A stretch of DNA of 61,412 nucleotides, counting the filler, from Choristocarpus tenellus KU-1152 (taxonomy: Eukaryota > Protista > Phaeophyceae), in assembly GCA_964200185.2 (NCBI GenBank). It is 7 parts of 7 records of this genome, joined end to end, with 100 filler letters (N's around TTAATTAATTAA, not from the genome) between each part and the next. Parts side by side here need not be neighbours in the genome. Positions count along the whole stretch, not along the records: positions 51,335 to 53,920 come from CAXNAD020026525.1; positions 54,021 to 58,163 come from CAXNAD020016007.1; positions 58,264 to 61,412 come from CAXNAD020021966.1; 4 more parts are not named here. One strand, written 5' to 3'. The translations under genes and the position numbers were made by a program. How positions within the stretch are numbered: position 1 is the first letter of the stretch; the number at the start of each line of letters is the position of its first letter. This document shows positions 51,335-61,412 of the stretch, one piece after another. The notes below the pieces were generated by a model. It had not been told where the DNA came from and did no database searches. It saw nothing but the letters and a program-made list of their open reading frames with translations.

Positions 51335-53920
51335 ATAAATAATTTACCGTAACTGTCCGATAGAGTTGGAAGAGTCTAATCGAACAGAAGGCTCATCTTT
51401 CAAAATAAAATAACACCGTAACAAGATACTAATAAAATTAATATTGTAGGTTTCATTCATGACATGCCAAGAGCTAATGGTTGTGCTGCAAAGAAAGGGT
51501 CAAAAGATGTATGGTATTAATGATTGGGGAGCACGTATGGCAAGACCTAATTCTATGGGCGGTTGATAATTAGTTGTCCATAGTAATTCTTGACATGCTT
51601 GTAATAAGCTCACAGCACTTGGGTGATTTTCTTCCTAACCATTGAAGAAACTTTTGACATAATTTGTTGACGTTCAATTTTAGATACGAATCCATAAACC
51701 TCCTATCACCTTTTTCAGCACAAATCTCGTCATCATGTTCCTTATTGACGTCTAAAAGTATGACCTTAAATAGTGACTAATATGAAAATATGATCGCTGG
51801 CCTTCCAGAGTCAATTGACCACCTTTTTACACGAGTAGAGCAATCGAGAAGTATAGAGTTTTTTGTCTGTAGCATTCCAAGTCATTTGTATTACTTCCTG
51901 TAATCTCACCCTATTTCATTGGTTTTCTGTACACAAAATTTGTCCGCAAAATCGGTATGTTCTCCCTTTCCACACACAAAATCACATCACAATTCAGCAA
52001 AGGCCTCTCTGCAATTGAACATAAAGACATGTTCTGGCCATCCCTCGAGATCCTTGGCAAAAACGAGCCAAAGTAAAATGACGTACCCAAGTTTTGGCCA
52101 TTGTACATTTGAAGTCTGTTCCTCAATCTTTGACGATTCACTCATACATGTATCTATGGATGAAGTAGAAAGTTTGACTTGAGAACTTTCATTTATCTAT
52201 TGTTTGAAAGTTTTCGACATGGTTCAGAAAATATCTTACACACAGGTTGTAGAAAACGTCGATTTTTCCGCATCCTTAAAACGAAACTCTGCGTATCTCT
52301 CGTTTACTTTGGCTCAATGACATACATCTTAATATACACTACATCGTTGGTAGTACGTAATACACGGGGTACTGATTGAGACAAACAGGCAGACACGTTT
52401 GCAAAGCAATGTGTGTGAGAATAGAGATAATTGACCGTTCAGGGAGGGGCTACTGACTGCCCATGGCACGCACACATACACAGGGGAGAGATGTGAGATT
52501 TGACTGTGAGTGTATAGTGGAATGGGAGGACGTGATCTTGATGGGCCAGGGATAGAGAAAGTCAACGAATGGCAGTGACAGAGAGTTGATCCTTCTCGAT
52601 GAATGTAGCCAACGACATTTAGCAGCCCTGTCCTGTGGTTGTTCTCTACTCTCTGCTCTGTCTGTGTACTATGTGTCTCTCTTTGGATAATATATATGGC
52701 ACTCCCCTGCAGCTTGGACTTCCTCCACGAAGAGTAATTAGCGTGTATAATGAAAGAAACTGGCACACACAGAGAGTACATGTAGTAGGTAGTAGAAGCA
52801 GTAACATACATCATTTATTTCAGTTGAATATTATCAGAAAACCAAAAGAGAGAGGTGAAGAAGGTGGGCCAGATGTATTAGACCAAAGATTAGGTACCTA
52901 AGGAAGGGTAGGTGTAGAGCTCATCACACAAAAAGAAGACAAACACCGTAAATAATACTCCCTCCGTGCGTTAAAAAAAAAGTATAGGCCCTTTTATCTC
53001 GGACGAATGGTTTAGGAGAGCTGTAGTATTGTGAACCAAAATAATTTTCGGTTGAAATTAAATCGGTAGTATGGTTGCAGCTGGATTTTGATGGTACAGT
53101 CAAGGTCGGACCTATTGACGACACAGAATGACCCTTTGACAGTTCTGCACGCCAGGAATGATGGAGGAGTTCAAAGGTGTTGGTCAAATAATATAAATTT
53201 CGCTCTTTAATACTTCTACGTTCTTTGTTTGTCGTACGAAGTAATTTGCCTCTCTCCAAAAATGTTAATTATATAGTAGTTTCGACCTTAAATTTGATGC
53301 ATTTATCACCTTCTGGGTTTAAATATTTTGAAGAGTTAATTGATATTTTATACTAAGATGACATGTTGAAGATTGGAAGAGTGAAGATTTACCGTACACA
53401 ATATTGCAATGTTTTAATTTTATGATTACAGTAAGTGCACCCTACCACGGTGTGGTTGTGCTATGGTGACTGTTACTGAAGAACAGAAGAACAGGACAGT
53501 ATGATCATAATACTACTAGAATACTATGTGGATGGTAGGGTGCAGTAGGGTGAATAGTATCCACAATCACCATGGTACTACAGTTAGGGTAATTCTGATG
53601 GTTGTGTGGGTTTTTCAATGCATGGTTGGCAAGAATTTATAGTAGATTTCCTGACGGTAGGGTTGCAGACCAAGAGTCCACATTTTCTCCGACTGGAACC
53701 ATAATCGCAAAACAACCACAGCAACCGTGTGGAGTTTTCTGAGCATCTATCTTACGAAGCTCTTTTTTTACAACGGTAAAGGAAGTTGATTTAAAACCCA
53801 GCCAGAAGAGATGTCCCTATTATTGACCCAAAGTATCTGTTGGGGGGGGAGGGGGGGGGGGGGGGTGCATGGGGTGTTCCATTTGAGTGAGGAAGAGCAG
53901 CCGGCGGAACCCCCGGCACC

Positions 53921-54020
53921 NNNNNNNNNNNNNNNNNNNNNNNNNNNNNNNNNNNNNNNNNNNNTTAATTAATTAANNNNNNNNNNNNNNNNNNNNNNNN
54001 NNNNNNNNNNNNNNNNNNNN
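53921..54020. other. Artificial contig linker
   Basis: N44-TTAATTAATTAA-N44. Confidence 0.98.
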
Positions 54021-54627
54021 CCCCCTAGATACTTTGACCCATATGTACACAGTAGTTGCAGATATCTTTTACAATAGAAGTCCAAAGAATCGGGTAGATG
54101 ATGAAAATAATAAATGGACTTTTGTTTAGCATCCATCGCCCCTTTTAAAACAGTCTTTGATCTTGAACTTAACATTGAGTCAAGCTTTGAGCTACGCACT
54201 GAGTGGAATATCGAGAGAAGGCTGTCTGACACCCCAAGAAACTGTTACCAACAGCACGCCCCCATAGCATCGTTATAAGGTTGTTGGATTTGAGTTGGGC
54301 ATCCTGTGGAGGTGAGTTCAGGAGCGTGCTGTAGCAAGTAGTGCTATACTCCTGACAATAGCACATACTAATATTCCTCAAAAGAACTGAGGGTTTATCT
54401 TATATATATATGTAAGAGATCCCTAGCACCAGCCTCTCGTACTGAAGAAATGAACACAACACAAAAGTCTACATTGTTAACACTATGGACACGTCTATAT
54501 TCTGTCTTCAACACAAATCTAGTTGTTCCTCTCCACTATCAATATCGTACTACTGCCTTCTTGTGCTTCCAATCTACCTACTCCTACGACTCGGGGGGAG
54601 GAGCTAGGGAGGCATCCCAAGTATCCA

Positions 54628-54884
54628 GAGTGAATGTATCTTAGAGGGTATGAGCTTTGCCCTTTTTGTCCATTTGGGGCTTGGCTTCCCACGACTTTTT
54701 ATGAAATTTTCCTACTTGGAAATATTTCGGAGTAGGTAAAATGTGTACGATATGTAAAGGTATGTCTGGAACAAGGATATTGACACTTCCTAACAAACAT
54801 GATTGCCAAAATTACATCAAAATCGGAACATTGGATTGTTGCCCCTAAACAGGCGCGGCTCTACCCTCTAAGATACTTTGACTC
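54628..54884 (+). mobile_element. MITE copy 3 (257 bp), TSD TCCA
   Basis: tcca|GAGTGAATGTATCTTAGAGGGTA...TACCCTCTAAGATACTTTGACTC|tcca. Confidence 0.92.
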
Positions 54885-57481
54885 TCCAATAAACCCCTCC
54901 ATGCCCATCTCCCCGGCGACTCTAGCTTAAAACGCATGACACGTCTAGACAGTGCCACTTGCGTAGTCACCAAGACAATTTGGTGTAGCTGGGATTTGAC
55001 TACTCCTTTTCTGCTAAATCCTCCCGTTCCTCTCCCCCTCACCATGCGAGTAGCCAGCTCATCCAGGAAGCATTCTGCTTGCTTGCTGAGGTGCCCAAAA
55101 CTTTCCACCCCAAAGGTATTGAGGTTATAACTACGAGGAACAAAGGAGCCCTTGTAGTGGGTACGCTTCGTGCCTTGGCTGCAGCAGCAGCTACACCATC
55201 GCTGATGGATGAGTGGGTTAGGTGGGAGGTTGCCTGTATCTCTGCAAAGGTGATGTCTAGCAGAAGACCTTTGTCCCCGTAGGGAACTGTTCCGGCGTAC
55301 GCTAGTGCCCCTGCATGAAACACCAGATCCATGAGGAGGTTCCCGTCCACTGTGAAAGGGCTACCGTCCTCCGTAGTGCAAGGAATGCCCATCCCCTTGC
55401 ATAGTTGGTGCAGGCGTTTTACCATTGGAGTGTGCTATCGTACCTGTCTCCCTGCCCTGGGGGAGGTATGGGCGTGTCTGGTATCGACATTTTGCCTCCT
55501 GCACCCTGCCACTACTGGGCACCTGTTGGATAGGGCCTCCTCCCTCCCTAGGAATCTGCTGACTGTGAGCTTGAATTCTAGAGGGGGGATCTGGCATGCT
55601 GGTTCCAGAGGTTGAGTCGAGGCACACGCGTGTTTGCCCCTTGTCCACACCGGCTCAGGTGCCGGACTAGGGCCAATGAGAAGTTTTCCCTCCCTTGGTG
55701 TGCCTCATTTGGAAGGTCGGCCAGTTGTGTCCTGAAGGAGTCAAAACGAATCTTGTTGAGGAGGCGTGTGATCTCGTGTTGAGCCCTCCTTGTGATCCTG
55801 GCGCCATGGGCAGCTAGGATATGTACCTCTGGGGCAGGTGCAGGGGGTGTTGTTCCTCCCCAGGTTACCCAGTCTTGGCCAATGATTTCGACAAGGTCTT
55901 CTGAGGGGACACCTGTAGAAAGGAGGATGTGGATGGAGAATCCTAAGGCCTGTATTGAAGGGCTCATACAGATAGCTTGCGAGAAGGACTCACCATGAGG
56001 CCCTTGCTGCCTTGCGAGGAGGGTGGGGAGAGTAGCCACCAGTGATCTTACGAAAGCCACATGTTGGCGGTGTTTCATAGAGGAGAGGCCCAGACCCCCC
56101 GCACTTGTAGGCCTGTGCGCCTGTACTTGTTGGTCAGTCTCTAGGCGGAGAGACCCATTGTTGCACCCTCCCTCGAACAAATCCGCCGCCTCTGTCGAGT
56201 CGACAACCTCCATGATCCTCTCTAGTTTCCATAAGGAGGTGTTATTTGCTTGCTCCATGGTGGAGCGTGCCAGGAGGGTGGGAGTGACCCTCACTACATA
56301 GCCTGGGCGGGAGGAGAGGGGCCAGGAGTTGAGGAGCCAGGCCACCTGCTTGTCCTCCATCTCGCTGAGGTGTGTGACCAAAGCTCGTGTCCCAGAGCTC
56401 TCGATCACCTCCACCATGTGAGCTCGAATAAAACCATCTGTTCCCACCGGAGCCCCTAGAGTGACAAAACCACTGGGGTTCGGGGCTAGGTTGGTTCCCG
56501 CTGTAGAGAGAAGCTCCAGTTCCGAGGGCATGGGGTAGTGGCCCTGGGGAGGTGCGGCTAATGTCTTGTCCATGTTTAGGTCAATGCCTACCTCATGGAG
56601 GATAGTTTTTAACTGCTCGAAAGCAGCAATGGTGTTAGGGTTGATCCCCCTTGCAGAAATGGACGTCATCCAGATAGCTCCTGGAGGAGATCCCTTGGGG
56701 TCCAAAGACTGATTGGACCTGTTGCAAGGCCTTGCGTGTTGCCATGCAATATAAGAGGGGGCCCAGTGGGTCTCCCTGTTGGGCCCCAGATCTCGATGGT
56801 AGAATCTTCGTCCCTCCCTCCTCTAGGGGGAAGAGAAGATTTCTGGTGTTCCCATATACCTTAGAGACATAAGGTAGGAGTCCTGGTAGGGTCTCTGGGA
56901 AGGCCTGGATGAAAACTGAGCGACATACGCTGTGGAAAGCATTCCTTCCGTCCAAACTGATGAACCATTCTCCGCACTCATTCCTTAGGCGGATATCCAG
57001 GAGTACATGTTCTATGCCATTTGGGACGCCGGTGCCATATTGTCCTACTCCCTCGAAAAATTCCTCTAGGTAGGGGCGCCAGTCTGTGCAGAAAGCTGAA
57101 GCACATGCCCTCCTGAAAAAAGACCCGCAGGCAACCGGGTGACATGTGGCTTGGGTGCATCCCGTCAGGGCCTGGTGCCTGTTGCTGTTAGTCCTCATGA
57201 AGGCTTTTCGAAGGGAGGTGGGGGTGTGCTCCCCTTCAGGGGGGCAGTACCTTTGTTCCCCAGATCTTGCATTCCCGTGTACCCTGTCTTTTGCGTTCGT
57301 GATGAGCTGCCTAAGCTCGTCTTGGTTCTCACTCGGGTGTTTAGGGACCAGCATATTGAAAGTCTCCTCCGTCCCTGGTGCTCTGGGTTATGCTAGGAGC
57401 ACGCTCACTCCCTTGGAAATTCCTCCGTGGTGGTGACCCAGAGCTGCAGCGCGTTCCTGGCAGGACTTGGGGTTCTCTCCA

Positions 57482-57741
57482 GAGTGAAAGCATCTTAGAG
57501 GGTACGAGTTTTTCCATGTTTGTCTCTTTAGGGCTTGGCTTCTTATGGGTATTTTATTATATTTTACCGACTCCAAAACGTTTTGGAGTAGGAAAAATGT
57601 ATGCGTTATGCAGGGGTGTGTCCGGAACAAGGATATTGACACTTCCTAACCAACACAATAGCCAAAATTACATCAAAATCGCAAATGTTTGATTTTGGCC
57701 CCAAAATGGACGCAGCTCTACCCTCTAAGATACTTTGATTC
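57482..57741 (+). mobile_element. MITE copy 4 (260 bp), TSD TCCA
   Basis: tcca|GAGTGAAAGCATCTTAGAGGGTA...TACCCTCTAAGATACTTTGATTC|tcca. Removing the element plus one TSD restores the host frame (RREALG-ENPKSCQERAA). Confidence 0.92.
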
Positions 57742-58093
57742 TCCAAGAGCCTCCCTACGTCTGCTGGTCCTCTGGGATCGTTCTAGTAGCCGTGCAACTA
57801 ACTCTTGGATGTTCCCTGAAGCGACCCGGGCAAACCTCTCCTCTTTCAAGAACTTTCCATCATTTGCCAGTAAAAGGTCAGAGATCATGTGGAAGAGTTT
57901 GGATGCTCTGATGACCACTATTATTGGTGTCCCCCATTCCAGCCTCGGGGCAGTTACCTCACGTATCAGGAAATCCACTGTGTGAATGAGGACGATTGCG
58001 TGGGTGGTGCAAAGTCTGCCTGGGACCTTCTTCACCGTGGTGATGTTTACCTGCTCCAGCGTCTCCAACTGGACATGGTCAAGGGCAGATGCT

Positions 58094-58163
58094 GAGTGAA
58101 AGTATCTTAGAGGGTACGAGTTTTGCCCTGTTTGTCCATTTGGGACTTGGCTTCCCATGTTTT
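58094..58163 (+). mobile_element. MITE copy 5, truncated by contig end
   Basis: GAGTGAAAGTATCTTAGAGGGTACGAGTTTTGCCCTGTTTGTCCATTTGGGACTTGGCTTCCCA. Confidence 0.88.
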
Positions 58164-58263
58164 NNNNNNNNNNNNNNNNNNNNNNNNNNNNNNNNNNNNN
58201 NNNNNNNTTAATTAATTAANNNNNNNNNNNNNNNNNNNNNNNNNNNNNNNNNNNNNNNNNNNN
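58164..58263. other. Artificial contig linker
   Basis: N44-TTAATTAATTAA-N44. Confidence 0.98.
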
Positions 58264-58342
58264 TGTTCACACCTTTCCCCCCCCCCCCCCCCCCCACACA
58301 CACACCCCTGCTGTGTTTACCTATCCCTAATGCCTATTTCAG

Positions 58343-61300
58343 GTGAAGTACCAGAAGTACCGAGGGCAGCAGGGTACATACCCCATCAAACTATTCTACA
58401 CCTCTAACATGCCCGTCATCCTTCAAACTGCGCTGGTGTCCAACTTGTACTTCCTCAGTCAACTGCTACACAACCGCTATGCTGGCAACCTCATTGTGAG
58501 TTATATCTCAACCTTGCTAACTTTTCAACTTGCAAGGGACGAGAGAGGATAAGATCATGTTTTTTTTTGTGCTCTTTTTTTTGGGAGGTGTATGTATTTT
58601 GATAGTAGAAGTGGGGAATTGTGTGTTAAGGCTGACCTGTATGTTTTTTATGAACTGGGTTTTGATTCCGTTAAGAGTCCTTGTTAAGGGAGGGAAGTGG
58701 AGTTTGTGCTAGCTTGATTTGATCTCTCACACTGCACGTGTGCTTTGTTGGTGCCTTCTGTCTTGTTCCCCTGCTGATATTGCAAGCACATGGGGGTTCC
58801 TGCCATGAGGCCTTGATTGGACATAGTGACTGAGAAAAAAAAACTTACCTGAATTGAGAAAAAAGAATAAAAAATGCCTCAAGTCATCGTAAACAGGAAC
58901 TTTCCCAGGGGATTTCTGCTTCACCCCCCTTACATCTCAAAGGAAGCATTGAAAAGGTCGATTCATTCCACTCCCTATAGCCCATCGCTCACATGGGTCC
59001 GGTCTCTATCCCTCTTTTGTCTTCTTCCCATTATACCCACCCTTTTCATTGCTCTTTTGTGACCCTTTATCTCAACACTGTGTTTGTTCCTCCTTGATCT
59101 TTTTGTCAGGTGCGTTTGATGGGCAGGTGGCAGGAGGTGGAGGGCATGGCAGGAACGTCGGTGCCAGTAGGGGGTCTAGCGTATTACATCTCTCCACCCC
59201 AATCATTGGCGGAGATACTCAAGGACCCGGTACACGCTGTGGTGTACATCACTTTCATTCTTACAGCTTGTGCCCTCTTCTCCAAGACCTGGATAGAGGT
59301 GTCAGGATCATCAGCCAAGGTAGGACGGTGTGCTAGGGGTGGGTTGTGGGCTGTGGGTTGTGGGTTGGACTCTTTTTTTTAGCTTGTGTGGTTCGTTGAT
59401 GTGATTTATTTTAGTTTTCCTGTCTTTTTTTGTGAAGGAAGGGTTAGGAGTTGAGATCTTTGTTATGAGGAGGGAGTGAGTGTAGTCCAGTTCATTTGAA
59501 TGATTTTTTGAGATATGTCTCTGTGACTCTATCGGTGGTAGGGGTTAGTTGTTAAGTAAGTTAAGAGCGTAAAATATAGATGTGCTTGATGTACTCCTTT
59601 TAAAAAAAATGTACATCCAGCGCATGAATCGAGGTGTTTGGATCGCTGTAAGCAGAGTACAGAGTGCATACAAAGGGGAAAGATAACCAATTGAAAACTA
59701 CCCCTTATTTTTTTTTTATTAGTTGCAACTAAATTGTTGTGATCGCTTGTCCATGGTTTGGCTCTAGTGTTGGCGCGTGCTGGTTTGGGTTTGTTCTTTT
59801 TGTGTGTGTGTGTGTTGTGTAAAACTGCAAGTTTGTGCTGCTTATGCTGCTGGTTTCAATTCAGATGAGATGAGTAAATGTGCTCAAAGATTCTCGTTTA
59901 ATGTCACATTTTAATGTCACACTTTAATATCACATTTGCTGCTTCTTCTCGTGGAATGCTGGTTGATACCCCCACGTTGGAGTGGTTGGCAAAGACTTCA
60001 TACAGTCCTTTGACCAAATGGACTCAACCCTGGAAAATATTAAAACAATGGATTTGAGATGCTATGAAGGCGGATTATGTCCACCCTTCACACAACAATC
60101 ACCGCCTTCACAACATTGAGCTGATACTTCTGCTGTCTGATCCAGGAGGTATGAGATTCCACTGACTAGTACGTAGGTTTCCTATGAGGTTTGCAGTGTG
60201 CATGGTAAAATGGCAACTGATTGGAGGGCCCCAACCTCAGGCAAAAACCTTTCTGCCTGTAATAAAACCAGGCGCCACACATAGATTCCCCTTTGCTGAC
60301 TTGTGAGCATGCACCCCATGAGGCCATAGATATCCAACACTCAGCAGGCACCAATGGCAAGTGAGAAGTTCAGTTGTCTGAGGGTACTAGTTTGGTCCGG
60401 GAGGGAGGAATTGTTCCTCTGGCTGCGTGCATGCACTTGTTCAGTGTCCATTTTCATCTGTGCATACTGGGGTCCATGCACTTACTGAGAGGGTCACTTC
60501 CTTAGATAACTGAGCTTCTCAATTTCGCAGTGGAAACTTGCTGAGTATTGGACATCTATGGCCTCATGGGGTATATGCTCACAAGGTAGCAAAGGGGAAT
60601 CCATGTGTTGCACCTGGTTTTATCACAGGCAGAAAGGTTTTTGCCTGTGGTTGGGGCCCCCCAATCAGTTGCCATTTTACCATGCACACTGCAAACCTCG
60701 TGGGAAACCTATTTACTAGTCAGTGGAATCTCGTACCTCCTGGATCAGACAGCAGAAGTATCAGTTCAATTTCATAAAGGCGTGATTGTTTTGTGAAGGG
60801 CGAATGTAATCTGTCTAGTCCATCAAATACTAGTGGAGTGTATGGCTTTGATAACATCCCAAATTTATTGTTTCATTTTTTTTCCAGGGTTGTGTCCAAT
60901 TGGGGTAAGGATTGTATGAGTCTTTTGTCAAGCACTCCTGCATAGGGATATTGACTGGTCTCCTTCTCACCCTTGCTTGTTATTGGTGTCTTGCTGTATC
61001 ACTCAGAACATTGTACAAGAATACCCTGGTTTTTGTCAACAACGGAGTAGTCCAGTGAATGCTTTGTCTTGTGTTTGGTAGAGACTCAGACATGCCAGAG
61101 ATAGAGTGAACCCTCCCCTTTATTTTTGATAGAGTGAACCCTAACCCTTTCCTCAGTAAACGGTGGAAGAATTCAGTAAGGACGCCAGCAACTGCTGCTC
61201 TCAATGTCCTGTATTATATCTTTATTTTTGCTCTGGATATCTTCATAGTAGTGATGTGGTCCTGAACCTCACCACCTTTCTGTTTTTTTTGTCCTGATTG

Positions 61301-61386
61301 TGTTTTTTGTTGAACAGGATGTGGCTAAGCAACTGCGAGACCAGCAAATGGTCATGAAGGGGCACAGAGATGATGCAATTGTGCAT
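58343..61386 (+). CDS. SEC61A: Protein translocon subunit Sec61 alpha, three internal exons
   Basis: Exons 58343-58495, 59110-59319, 61318-61386. Motifs: [76 protein letters not shown]. Confidence 0.97.
60068..60816. mobile_element. ~750-bp foldback (long-TIR) element in a Sec61-alpha intron
   Basis: Arms ~60068-60383 and ~60500-60816 are reverse complements over ~315 bp (e.g. CTGATACTTCTGCTGTCTGATCCAGGAGGTA vs TACCTCCTGGATCAGACAGCAGAAGTATCAG), with a ~116-nt spacer. No clear TSD. Confidence 0.8.
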
Positions 61387-61412
61387 GTGAGAGCTACCCC
61401 CCTTCCCTTCCC

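Larger units (their letters stand above)
54402..58093 (-). mobile_element. Degenerate non-LTR retrotransposon, CRE/SLACS-like (RT plus C-terminal zinc knuckle/restriction-like endonuclease), interrupted by three MITEs
   Basis: RT motifs: APGPDG, PVACG..FRR, GQYGTGVPNGIE, ISLDGRNAFHSV, SGAQQGDPLGPLLY, SYLDD, GFVTLGAPVG, AGGLGL. C-terminal CP...C...HAH...H, MDLVF, LLLDIT, MESFG. Several stops, frameshifts and a deletion between APGPDG and PVACG. The putative 3' end abuts a (TA)n run at ~54401-54411. Confidence 0.88.

Noticed and set aside
54885-57481. Retron, DGR or group II intron RT system
   Set aside because: Eukaryotic context. The motif set (QQGDPLGP, YLDD, C-terminal zinc knuckle/endonuclease) is non-LTR CRE-like, and no template/variable repeat pair or associated ncRNA is visible.
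54628-57741. LTR retrotransposon (two ~258-bp direct repeats flanking an RT)
   Set aside because: Each repeat has its own TIRs and 4-bp TSD, occurs independently elsewhere, and lacks TG..CA ends. The non-LTR-type ORF continues in frame beyond both repeats.
400-61204. Most short six-frame ORFs in the track
   Set aside because: They lie in introns, antisense to real exons, in low-complexity tracts or across N-linkers, and show no recognisable motifs.

Overview
Intron-rich eukaryotic nuclear DNA, probably from a plastid-bearing stramenopile such as a brown alga (inferred from intron density, TTAGGG tracts and an intron-containing Mfd-like gene). The window is seven contigs joined by artificial 100-nt linkers (N44-TTAATTAATTAA-N44), so adjacency across linkers has no biological meaning. 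Contig 1 holds a mitochondrial-type Lon protease (-, 3' end off-window), head-to-head with a complete ribokinase (+), then a complete clathrin light chain (-). Contig 2 holds a 14-exon ubiquitin-activating enzyme E1 (UBA1) copy that appears inactivated: catalytic Cys to Trp, two frameshifts and deletions. It is followed by an inverted pair of coiled-coil exons. Other contigs carry 3' exons of an Mfd/TRCF-like gene and of aspartyl-tRNA synthetase, a degenerate CRE/SLACS-like non-LTR retrotransposon, and internal Sec61-alpha exons with a ~750-bp intronic foldback. A ~258-bp MITE with GAG..CTC TIRs and 4-bp TSDs (Sola2-like) occurs five times, three of them nested in the retrotransposon, always in the same orientation relative to the host reading frame. 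No clearly new system is demonstrated. The best leads are the dead E1 copy, the oriented and possibly spliceable MITE, and the two long hairpins.
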